From contig NC_043006.1 in assembly GCF_006345805.1 (NCBI RefSeq), forward strand, positions 68,882,001 through 68,946,000: a stretch of DNA of 64,000 nt, read 5' to 3'. The translations under genes and the position numbers were made by a program. Within the stretch, counting starts at the first letter, position 1; each line of letters begins with the position of its first letter. The notes beneath the pieces were generated by a model. It did not search any database. It was not told where the DNA came from and saw only the letters and a list, made by a program, of their open reading frames with translations. Below are positions 51,731-63,219 of this stretch, one piece after another. This DNA comes from Octopus sinensis (taxonomy: Eukaryota).

Positions 51731-52479
51731 AGACTAAGAGCAGGATGGAAACTGTTTGCTTCAGCCAACGATGTGCTCAGATCAAAGCTGGACAAGACTC
51801 TGCGTGTGCACAGTCTTGCCAGCGGTGTAGACGGACATCTGACATTCTGGTCGATAATAAGATAAAACAACTATTTACCACACTTGAAGTATTGAGTTCT
51901 TTTTCTCTCTCTATATGGATGTGTGTGTGGGTCGGCGTGCGCGCACGAATGCGTATATATGAATGTAGACATTCGCTCGCAGTGTCTTATGTCCGAATTC
52001 CCCTTGACCGCCCCTTTAAGCATCACCATACCCAACACTACTTTTAATACATCACCATTTCTGCCACCACCACCCACAACAACAACAACAACAACAACAA
52101 CACTACCACCACCACCACCACAACCACCACAACTACCAGCATTATTTCTACCAGCACTATTTCTACCATCGTAGTACTCGCCAACACCTTTACCACCAAC
52201 TTCCCCACAGCTAACCACCACAAACTGCAGCACCAAACAGCAGCAGATCCACCACCACCAGCACCACCACCACCACCACCGCATCACCACCACCACCACC
52301 ACCACCAGCATCACCACCACCACCACCACCGCCATATATCACAGCTAGCTACAGTTTTCTGCCCAATACAGAGGTCAGTGATCCATCATCTAGCAACTAG
52401 ACATATCTGATTATAACTATTTCATCGTTCTGTATAATAACGCATACATATCTATCTGTCTGTCAGTCTGTCAGACACT

Positions 52480-52630
52480 CAGTTTGCCTGTCTGTCTGTC
52501 TATCTATCTATCCATCTTTCTTTTCATCCATCCATCAATCTATCTATCCATCCCTCCATCCATCCATCCGTTCGCCCGCCCGGCCGTCCGTCCGCCCGTC
52601 CGTCCATTTGTCTTTCTGTCTGTCTGTCTC

Positions 52631-52690
<60 letters not shown>

Positions 52691-52691
52691 A

Positions 52692-52723
<32 letters not shown>

Positions 52724-52733
52724 TTATCTATCA

Positions 52734-52785
<52 letters not shown>
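52480..52785. repeat. (CTAT)n/(CCAT)n/(CCGT)n compound tetranucleotide array
   Basis: Direct reading. Confidence 0.95.
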
Positions 52786-52960
52786 GAATGTGCGTGTGTG
52801 TTTCTGTGTGTGTATGTGTGTATGCATTTGTATATATGTATGTATATATATAAGTATATATGTGTGCGTGTAGATGTATGTTTATATGTGTATATATATA
52901 TATATGTGTGTGTGTATGTGTATGCATGTATATATGTATACGTACACATATATATGTAAG

Positions 52961-52996
<36 letters not shown>

Positions 52997-53040
52997 TATA
53001 TGTATACATATATATTATATATATATAAATATATATATAT

Positions 53041-53337
53041 GGAGGCGCAATGGCCTAATGGTTAGGGCAGCGGACTCGCGGTCGCAGGATCGCGGTTTCG
53101 ATTCCCAGACAGGGCGTTGTGAGTGTTTATTGAGCGAAAACACCTAAAAGCTCCACGAGGCTCCGGCAGGGGGGGGGGTGATCCCTGCTGTACTCTTTCA
53201 CCACTCTTTCTCCCACTTTCTTCTGTTGACCTGCTCGCTTAGCCAGTGGGGCGGCGTCATTCGAAGGCTAAAACAATGCGAACGCATTGTGACCAGCGAT
53301 GTGTAACAACATCTGATGGTCTGGTCGGTCACGTGAT

Positions 53338-53345
<8 letters not shown>
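53041..53345 (+). mobile_element. SINE family C, tail type 3, inserted in (TA)n
   Basis: Same head and body; tail gacctgctcgcttagccag..tgtgaccagcgatgtgtaacaacatctgatggtctggtcggtcacgtgatcacgtgat. Confidence 0.9.
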
Positions 53346-53368
<23 letters not shown>

Positions 53369-53705
53369 CGTACATATATATATATATATATATAGGATAT
53401 TTTTGTAAATGTCTCATTTATAACTACATATTGACCTACCACACATGCCTAATATAAGTAAAATGAGACATACATATCTGCATGGATATAGTTTATATTT
53501 ATAGTTTATATTTATATTTATTTATATTTATATTCTCTTATACATATTGTACTTATTGTGAATATACTCCTTTTATGTACACTGTTTTGTTCTATATTAT
53601 TAGGTTTGACCTTAAAGTTTCTTATGTGGTGGTTTAATAAAGTATGTGATGGTATTAACTGGTAGTTGATATTTGATTTGGATGTATTTCTCCATTTTCT
53701 TATTT

Positions 53706-53761
<56 letters not shown>

Positions 53762-53780
53762 GTGTGTGTGTGTGTTGTAT

Positions 53781-53910
53781 CTTTCTGTTGAAGAGCGTAG
53801 GCTCGAAACGTTAAAGACTTGTTTGATTATATTTCTGAGCGCCATACTAATACAATTGTTCGTTTGTTTTCCACTGCCTTCGTCTTTTGTTTATTTTCAT
53901 AAAGCTCCCG
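53781..53910 (+). mobile_element. Short Penelope-pLTR-like repeat with minimal hammerhead-like motif, ending at (TA)n
   Basis: tcttt CTGTTGA agagc gtag gctc GAAA cg tt aaaga ... ttcgtcttttgt..aagctcccgtt atata. Confidence 0.6.
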
Positions 53911-54224
53911 TTATATATATATATACATACATACATACATACATACATACATACACACATACACGTGAGTGCGCACACACACATGCAACCACGTACACAC
54001 ACACCCACATGCATACGCACACACACAAACACATATATACCAACGTTTGTTTTTATGTTATAATAAAAACAGTTTTACATTACATTGAAGGATTACCCAA
54101 TGTTTTTGGCAGAGTAAAAATTTATAATTCTTTAACAAGACTAGTATTGACAGTGACTTCGAAGCTTTGGACCCCTAAGACCCCATATATATATATATGT
54201 ATATATATGTATGCATGTATGTAT

Positions 54225-54279
<55 letters not shown>

Positions 54280-54289
54280 ATGTATGTGT

Positions 54290-54336
<47 letters not shown>

Positions 54337-54362
54337 GGATGTGTGTATATATATATATGTTG

Positions 54363-54439
<77 letters not shown>

Positions 54440-54442
<3 letters not shown>

Positions 54443-54602
54443 CAGCAAAATTTAGATTCAGATGAATATGGTACTTAAGGCACCAGAAGGTGTATGGTAT
54501 TATCCATATAAATCAAATGGGGTGGTTACAATCAAAATAAGCAACAAGGATGTCCAAGGTAGAGTAGTACAATGTTTAATGCTACTTCATTTTATTAAAC
54601 CC

Positions 54603-54634
<32 letters not shown>

Positions 54635-54647
54635 GTATGTGTATGTA

Positions 54648-54691
<44 letters not shown>

Positions 54692-55025
54692 ATATATATA
54701 TATGTATGTGTATATATATACATATATAATATATATATATATATATATTATATATGTTCAGCAAAATTTAGATTCAGATGAATATGGTACTTAAGGCACC
54801 AGAAGTTTGTATGGTATTATCCATATAAATCAAATGGGGTGATTACAATCAAAATAAGCAACAAGGATGTCCAAGGTAGAGTAGTACAATTGTTTCATGC
54901 TACTTCATTTTATTAAACCCTGCAAGTATTACATCAGTTTAAAAATGTTGAGCAATCTTCAGCCACATATAGAAATTTTTAATTAAACGGACAATGCACA
55001 TTCTTATACTTATCTCATTTGCCAA
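54440..55025 (-). mobile_element. (TA)n-anchored element with a partial tandem duplication (163-bp core, 317-bp period)
   Basis: gttcagcaaaatttagattcagatg...ttttattaaaccct at 54440-54602 and 54757-54921, each preceded by TA-rich microsatellite. Confidence 0.8.
54881..54966 (-). ncRNA. Candidate type I hammerhead ribozyme with long stem II loop
   Basis: gtgg CTGAAGA t tgct..59 nt total..agca t GAAA caattg T A ctac; self-complementary stem III ACAATTGT. Confidence 0.45.
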
Positions 55026-55149
55026 CATTACAAAGAGGGTAGATATATAGATAGAGAGGTTAATTTCATCATTAAGAACATGATGGTAGTATGTTCATTC
55101 TCCGTATGTAGATAAAAATCTACATTCTCCGTATATATATATATATAAA

Positions 55150-55795
55150 TTAGGGTATCTACGATATACCACCATGCTGAAAATAGCAGCCACGATCTGG
55201 CTTTAAAACCGCCTAAATTGTCCATATATCAACACGGAGAAAATACAAAGAGACAAGATGAAACTAGTAAAAAATTACTGGATAATTCTAGATCCGGATT
55301 TCTGATTTGGCATTTTTTGAATGCTTTGCCTCGTCAGTAGAATACACACAGAAGATAAACATAAATACATATATATATATATAAATACAACATACGAATA
55401 CTTACATATACGAACGTATACCTACATATATATGCACGTATGCATCGTGGCCAGTTCAAAATGCCCGCCGTTTCATTCCATGTGAAATATGGTCAGAATA
55501 TCGCCGCAGTAAATTCAGTGACGAAATAAATTTAAATTTATATAAATAAGGATAAGATCGTTAATTTAAAAATAAAATAGCGATTTTATCAAGTGGTCAG
55601 CATGGAAAAAATAACCTTCAAAGGTAGTAATTATTATAATTATATATTAGGGTATCTATGAGATACCACCATACTGAAAATAGCAGCCACGAACTGACGC
55701 TAAAACCACTTTAATTGTCCATATATCAACACGGAGAAAAAACAAAGAGACAAGATGAAAATAGTAAAAAATTACTAGATAATTCTAGATCGGAT
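55150..55795 (-). mobile_element. ~497-bp tandem unit (1.3 copies) delimited by a hammerhead cleavage site
   Basis: ttagggtatcta..ctgaaaatagcagccacga..aattgtccatatatcaacacggagaaaa..gataattctagatc at about 55150-55295 and 55647-55792. Confidence 0.75.
55285..55343 (-). ncRNA. Candidate type I hammerhead ribozyme with palindromic stem III
   Basis: attcta CTGACGA ggca..tgcc aaatca GAAA tccgga T C tagaat: 6-bp stem I, intact core, imperfect base of stem II. Confidence 0.6.
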
Positions 55796-55906
55796 CTAGC
55801 CTTAGCCTCAGACATGAACTCGGAACCTAACGGGTGACCAGTTATTGCACTTACTCAGCGTACCCATTTGTTTAGATCACCAGTGAACAAAATCCCTCAT
55901 ATGATA

Positions 55907-55959
<53 letters not shown>

Positions 55960-55961
<2 letters not shown>

Positions 55962-56760
55962 TAAACAGTAAAAATAATTACAGACATGGACAAGAACATG
56001 AAACAACACAGAGACGACACAAGAACCACAGGACGGGACATTCGAAGCCCTCAGTCATCAGTCAAGAACCAGATCATCTTAGCAATTTCGGTTGATTAAT
56101 CTTGAGATTGCTCCGATATGGGCAGCCGCCATGGGAAATCTAAGCCAAGCGCATTAGATCCCATGGAAGAAAGCTTCGAATATATACAACACGAGGACGG
56201 AAAACGAACGAAGTACACGAAAAAAATACAGAATACGTGACACCAATAAGAATACAAAAACGTAAAAACCATAACGGTAAAATAAAAAACAGAACAAACC
56301 AGCCGAGGACGTAGGTACAGGGGTCTTTCGACAGGACGAGTTGAGTTTGGGGCTGGCTTATGAAGTTGTGCCTAATGGCCGCAGGAGAGAACGAACAAAT
56401 ACGTGTTGCTTCGGCGACTGCTGGAACGAAAAGAGCGCTCAACAGTGGCTAGCGGTCACGTGAGAACAAAAGACAGGAAAGGGACAGATGAAAAGAGAGA
56501 GAAGGTGGACGAGGGAGGAGAAGAAAGAGACAGATCGAGGGGGCTGGAGGTGAGAGAGATAGAGAAACGTAGAAGGGGGGGGGAAACGGATGGAGAGGGA
56601 AAGAAAGGAAGGGGAATAAGGGAGGAGAGAGAGAGAGAGAAAGAGACAGATTAAGAGTTGTATCAATGCTAGAGAAAAAATATACTTATCGTATAAGGAC
56701 AATTGTGGATACGTAGCCGCCGATTATATAGGTAAACAGTAAAAATAATTACAGACATGG

Positions 56761-56764
<4 letters not shown>
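55960..56764 (-). mobile_element. Element bounded by 34-bp perfect direct repeats (771-bp period), Penelope-pLTR-like
   Basis: ggtaaacagtaaaaataattacagacatggacaa at 55960-55993 and 56731-56764, each preceded by tatata; (TA)n on both flanks. Confidence 0.6.
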
Positions 56765-56799
<35 letters not shown>

Positions 56800-56839
56800 A
56801 GAATTCACAAAAAGAACAAAAGACGAAGACAAGTGGTGT

Positions 56840-57160
56840 CTAATTTCCCGAACCGCTAAGTTACGGGGACGTAAACGCACCAACCCCGGGGGGACAAACA
56901 GAGACACAAAGACACACATACATAGTTACATATACATATATATATATGTATACACACAGTCAGACAGACAGACAGAGACACACACACACACAGATATAGG
57001 ACGCGCTTCTTTCAGTTTCCTCCACTAAATCCAATCACAAGGCTTTGGTCGGCTCGTGGCTATAGTAGAAGATACTTGTCCAACGTGCCACGCCATAAGA
57101 TTGAACCCGGCCCCATGTGGTTGGCAAGCAAGCTTCTTACCGTGCAGCCACGCCTTCGCT
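56840..57160 (-). mobile_element. SINE family B
   Basis: gaaccgctaagttacggggacgtaaac...gcttcttaccgtgcagccacgcct. Confidence 0.85.
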
Positions 57161-57591
57161 TATGTATGTATGTATGTATGTATGTATGTATGTATGTATG
57201 TATGTATGTTATCATTAAAGTGGCAATAAAGAGGGTATGTGTGTGGATGAGAAGAATAGGTGTGTGGATGGAGAAAACGAATGGGATCTTTTTTTTTTGT
57301 GAAATAGAATTAAAACTGTGGGCGTCTATGTAAGTGTATGTAAGGTTATGTATGTACACATGGTGTGTTGTTTGTGTTTGTGGGTGTTGAGTATGTGTGA
57401 GATTTGATTTCAAGCTCTCCTTAACTTTAATTTATCATCCTACTAAATAGATTGGAATGAGAATTGGGTTAGTGTCAATGTCTGTGTGAGGTTTATGTCG
57501 AAGAGATAGAGATAAATAGCATGTATATACTGTAGGTGTACGGTGGTGGTGGGGTATGAGTGGGTATGTACATGTGTGTACGTATATATGA

Positions 57592-57627
<36 letters not shown>

Positions 57628-58020
57628 GTATGTATATGTTTATGTATATAAGTATGTGTGTATATATTTACATATATGTATGTGTGTATGTGCATACAGA
57701 TATACTGTACTGTGCATGTAAATATTCAAGCGTGCACCCACGCGGACACGCGCGCACACACATTATTCTCTCAAAATATCAATTTCCCACTTTTCCTCGG
57801 TATATTTGTGTGCGTGTATGTGCATCTGTATGTGTGTGTACGTGTGTGTTAGTGTGTATGTATGTATGTGTGTGAGTCTGTAGGTGTGTGTATGAGCGAG
57901 TGTGTGTATGTGTGCGTGTGTGAGTGTATGTGCCAATGTGTGAGAGTGTGCGTGTGAGCGTGTGTGTAGGTGTATGCTTGTGACTGTGCATGCATGTGTG
58001 TGTTGAGATGTGTGATCGCG

Positions 58021-58061
<41 letters not shown>

Positions 58062-58494
58062 GTTTGTGTTTCTATATGTGTGTATGTATGAAACGTCTTT
58101 TAGACCCGACTCGAGACATATGTCAGATGTTGCTTCACTAAACCCCCTCCTCCAGCCCCACCCCGAAAGCTACTTAAGGGCCATTCCCCCTCACACCTCT
58201 CCAGGCTTTAGTTTACCTCAGCAGAAAACTGTTTACCATTTTTAATGGATAATTCGAGATGGATTTATAATAGCTTCTCGTCTTTGTCATTGTCTTTTTT
58301 ACGTTAATGTATTTTATGTGTGGGATCATATACATACATATATACATACATACATACATGCATACATACATACATACATGCATACATATATACATACATA
58401 CATACATGTATTCATGTATGTATATATATATATAAATATAAATATATACATGCATGTATATATATATATATAAATATAAATATATACATGCATG

Positions 58495-58526
<32 letters not shown>

Positions 58527-58920
58527 ATATATATATACACATACATATATACGTATATGTGCGTATATATGTGTATATCTATCAATCTGTCTATCTTATC
58601 TAAGTATGTAGTTATATATGTATGTATCTATCTAACTAGCAAGCTATCTAGCTCTCTCTATATAAATACATATATATATACATATATATATATACATATA
58701 TATATATATATTATATATACATATATATATATATACATATATATATTATATATATATATATTATATATATATATATATAATATATATATATATAGTAAGA
58801 GAGAGAGAAAGAAAGAGACAGAAAGACAGAGAGAGAGAGAGGAGAGGAGAGAGAGAAAAAGAGAGATTGTGTGAGCATGCGTGTGTATGTACGTGTGTGA
58901 GAGAAGAGAGAGAGAGAGAG

Positions 58921-58961
<41 letters not shown>

Positions 58962-59772
58962 TGTGTGTGTGTTGTGTGTGTGTGTGTGTTTGTAGCTACC
59001 TGCGTACCGTTATTTCACACTAGTATCCAGGAATTTTAACAGTACAGTATTTGAGCCAATCCTGTTGCTGTTGAAGCAAAATACAAGATGGCGATGTGTC
59101 ATGTGATGTATGATTTTACCGTCGCTTTGTTACTTTGAACAAGATAAAAAAAATTACTTTTTGCTTTCAAGGCGCTTGTAGCTTAGTGTTGCTATTAAAT
59201 ATTAGCGTGGTTTATAATCTGATATTTCTGAGACAACGATAAATAGCTACGTTTTGAAATTTCACTGTTTGGAATGGGTCGGTCTAAGATAAACTATACC
59301 GTATTGTTGAATTCATCTCATCTCTCTTTTTCCAAATGTACTTGGAGAAAGATGTAGTATATTCTTTGCGATGGTGTTCGAATGACTTCATAGAGTAACT
59401 GCCAAATATTGGAGTGAAGAACAAGACAAAACCCTACATGCAATAATGTAGGAGTCTAATAAATATTGGTACCAATCTGATCCAATCTAAACCATTATTT
59501 AATTACACTTCTTGACATTCGGAGTTTAAATCTAGCAACAGTTGAATGTATTCCCTTTCTAAAGCGTAGATAATTTAAAGAGACTGAAAGACCCTATTGA
59601 ATTTTAGTAATTAATTGTTTAGTAATTAATTGTTTATTTTCCATAAATAATTAATTTGTTTATTTGGTTGCGGTGATCAAGAAATACACATTGATTGATT
59701 GATGGTAGACTCTCATAGTCCGAGAAAGACGTTTTTGCTACTACATACAAGACAACCTACACAAACCTATAG

Positions 59773-60024
59773 CAGTGATTTTCAGCCAGGGTTCATATAA
59801 CCCTTGAAGGTCCAGACAAAGTTTTGTTATTAAAATTTATGTGCAATGAATTTGTTAAACTTCTACATGACACAAAATACTTTAGGAATTTTTCATACAA
59901 TTCCTAACAATATTTAATAATAATAGTACAATATGATTTTCTAAACACTGAATGACAATGAGGGTACAGCCGAGAAAAATAGGAATTAAAAGGATCTATA
60001 GCTAAAAATGGTTGGGAACCACTA
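59773..60024. mobile_element. hAT-type MITE
   Basis: cagtgattttcagccaggg / ggttgggaaccacta; partial TSD acctatag / gtttatag; internal sequence resembles 16928-17183. Confidence 0.75.
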
Positions 60025-60059
60025 GTTTATAGGGATCAAACGTATGTTCTATGCATTAG

Positions 60060-60255
60060 CTCAATTCCTCCATCAAAGCGACGTTGCACAGACAAAGGTG
60101 TACAGTTTACTACACGTCATGTGTCGAAGTAACCAAAGAGCAACGTGAGATAAAGTGTTTTGCTGAAGATCACAGAGCACAACCATGCCCAAGTATTGAA
60201 ACCGTGATCTCACGATTGTGAGTACAGAACCCTAACCACTGAGCCATGCACCCTC
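60060..60255 (-). mobile_element. SINE family D, decayed
   Basis: gagcaacgtgagataaagtgttttgc..ttgaaaccgtgatctcacgattgtgagt..cctaaccactgagccatgc. Confidence 0.7.
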
Positions 60256-60379
60256 ACATTAATAGACACTAAAAATATAACTTTCATAATTTAAGCTTTT
60301 TGTTCAATAATAAACAAAATCTAATGGTTTAATAAAATGAGGATAATTAATAGACTGATACAGAGTAAAATGAAGAGTA

Positions 60380-60888
60380 CCGTAAATCCTCGAGTATAGT
60401 CCGCCCTTGAGTATAATACGCAGGGAATTTTTAGGGGCTGTACCTCTGAAAAACCTAAACCTTGTGTATAATACGCACCCCTTCTCTAACTTGAGTCAAG
60501 GAGGTCTTTATAACGTCCTTGGTTTGTAAAAATGCATACGGTAACGTCCTTTATTATTATTGTATGTATAACATAATGCAAACGTGTAGCTTTTTTGTGC
60601 ATTTTGTTTGCAGAAAATAAAGAAATAACAGTTATAACAGTAATAACGTTTAATGAATGTTGCTTATTGCAAGTTATGGATGATTCTTTTATGACTTCAT
60701 TGCTTTCAGGCTTAGCTTAAGGTATTTTCGCGCCCGACATCACAAAATGCGTCTGAATAAACAGCAAATAGAGACTCGGACATTGCTTAGAAAATATTTT
60801 TCATTTTTAACCTCGTATATAGTACGCACTAGGAACTTTGACCATTAAATTTCGGGGGAAAATCCGGATTATACGTGAGAATTTACGG
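60380..60888. mobile_element. pogo/Tc2-like MITE
   Basis: ta|ccgtaaatcctcgagtatagtccg ... cggattatacgtgagaatttacgg|ta (TA TSD, ~24-bp TIR), with internal gtataatacgca repeats. Confidence 0.85.
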
Positions 60889-62005
60889 TATTAACATGGT
60901 GAGGTAGATTAATTAAGAATAAATTCGGATCGAGCAAATGAGGAGTATTTATATATTAACATTAAAATGGAGCATTAATATATACGTTAAAAGAACTATG
61001 TAGTGGGGTAGATGAAATAAGAGGGTTGTATACTGGAGTATGTGTGTAGGTATGTGTAATAGAACAACACTCTTGTGTAACTATAACCACAGGTTAAGAG
61101 ATCTTTGACAAATGGACGAAAAAGTTAAAAGACTGGAATATGTGAGAGCCAGAGGACAACAATAATATGGAAAGGAACATAAACTAGATAGGGGGATAAA
61201 CTGGATATATTTGCTGCAAACAAGAAATAACAAATTTATGAACAAATATATGAAAGATCTTTCCTTAATAATGGGAATTCAATGGTTAATTCGACTGAAT
61301 AATGTATTGTGGCGAAAGATTTATATCAAATTAATTGAGGATACAACTAAAACTGAAGAAAATTACAACCTGTAGGAGTATTTATTGGCAATATGACCTT
61401 TCCAATTTACAACGATAGTAGCATAAACATGAAATAAATGAGATTATGTCAATGGTTTCGTTCTATAGCTATATTCGTTATTATGGTTGATATACTTTGT
61501 AAAATGTATAAATATATTTGTATAGGAAAATTTACATGTAATACACCTCATACATACTTATATACATACATACATATACACTCACACACACACTTACATG
61601 TGTGTGTATGTATGTGTGCATCTATCCATGCATCCATTTATCTCCTCCGCTCGCTGTTCCTTGGAGGGTCTTGAAGTGATGTGGGAGTAGAGTCTTCAGA
61701 TATAAGGTCCGTTCAGAAGCAACTGTTATTATACATTCCGGTTGGATTCCCAACCGTGACCAACTGAAAAATTATAAATATTATCAAACTATCTCGCTCT
61801 TGGTTCACCCCTAAGTCTCCTGCCGGTTCGCTCGGCTTGAAGAATCCATTTTGCAAATATTTTATGCCACATTCTAATCACATGTCTGTAGTACCAAAGT
61901 TTACAACCCAATACGGAGCAAAGGATGCGTATCTTTCTTTCTTTGTGTGTGTGTCAACACACACACATTATCCGAAAAGTACAGTAATATATATCATTTA
62001 CGGTA

Positions 62006-62079
62006 GACCATCGGTTTCGCACTAGGGACTCAACGGAGTGTCGAGTAACAATCCGATTATGTAACCCTACGCTCATCAG
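62006..62079 (-). ncRNA. Hammerhead catalytic core with stems II and III intact, stem I not formed
   Basis: CTGATGA gcgtaggg..54 nt total..ccctagtgc GAAA cc gat gg T C; only 1 bp of stem I; overlapped by a 13-bp inverted repeat. Confidence 0.45.
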
Positions 62080-62193
62080 TGGTGCGAAACCGATTGGTAA
62101 GGTCAGCCACCGGATAATATACCCATTCTCTTGACAGATATATGAGTGCACTTTTCTTGACTTATGGATACTTAGATGTCTTATGCACACACA

Positions 62194-62276
<83 letters not shown>

Positions 62277-62279
62277 GTA

Positions 62280-62650
62280 CTCTCTTTTACTTGTTTCAGC
62301 CATGCTGGATCACTGCCTTTAGTCGAGCAAATCGATCCCAGAGCTTATTCTTTGTAAGCCTAGTACTTATTCTCTCGGTCTCTTAGCCGAACCGCTAAGT
62401 TACGAGGACGTAAACACACCAGCATCGGTTGTCAAGCGATGTTGGGGGACAAACACGGACACACAAACATATACACACACATATATACATATACGACGAG
62501 CTTCTTCCAGTTTCCGTTTACCAAATCCACTCACAAGATTCTGGTCAGCCCGAGGCTATAGCAGAAGACACTTGCCCAAGGTGCCACGCAGTGGGACTGA
62601 ACCCGGTACCATGTGGCTGGTGAGCAAGCTACTTACCACACAGCCTACGC
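62280..62650 (-). mobile_element. SINE family B, near full length (another 3' fragment at 62680-62830)
   Basis: Tail cttttacttgtttcag through head gctacttaccacacagcctacgc. Confidence 0.9.
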
Positions 62651-62943
62651 TTATATATATATATATATCTTATTCATCTTTCATTTGTTTCAGTCATTAG
62701 ACTGCGGCTATGCGGGGGCATCGCTTCGAAATATTTCAGTCGAACGAATCAACCCTCGTACTTACTTTCTCAAAGCCCGGTATTTATTCTGTCGGGTACT
62801 TTGGGGACGTAAATACACCAACACAGGTTGTCAAGTGATGATTGGGTGGGTAGGTGGGGTTTGGAGCAAACATACACACACACTCACATGTGTATTTGTA
62901 TATGTATATATATATTAATATATATAATATATATATATATATA

Positions 62944-63085
62944 TGGTAGGTCCCGGGTTGAGTCGGGGTTAACCACAGTAAATAAGGTACTCCATACATA
63001 CAGAGTAAAGTAATTTTATTTTATAGAAGGAGCTTCTACAGGACTAGAACTGTTTCATTCAGATGAAATCTTCAGGAGCTCCTTC

Positions 63086-63091
<6 letters not shown>
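62944..63091 (-). mobile_element. ~150-bp element embedded in (TA)n and carrying a hammerhead
   Basis: Unique sequence bounded by (TA)n on both sides; hammerhead at its minus-strand 5' end. Confidence 0.65.
63020..63091 (-). ncRNA. Type I hammerhead ribozyme candidate (best fold in window)
   Basis: tttatagaaggagctc CTGAAGA t ttc atct gaa t GAA ACAG ttctagtc CTGT A gaagctccttctataaa: ~16-bp stem I with one bulge, 4-bp stem III, GUA triplet. Confidence 0.7.
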
Positions 63092-63156
<65 letters not shown>

Positions 63157-63219
63157 TATATATAATTACAAATTGAGATAGGGGTTGTAAATATATATAT
63201 ATATAATATATATATATAT

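Noticed and set aside
56040-56110. Two hammerhead-like strings in the 771-bp element
   Set aside because: One has CTCAAGA with a 1-bp stem III and the other has GAAT instead of GAAA; neither has a stem I, so neither is called a ribozyme.
60900-61400. Possible second GIY-YIG remnant (VVYWSMCVGM..YNHRL)
   Set aside because: Similarity is too weak to separate from chance in AT-rich DNA.
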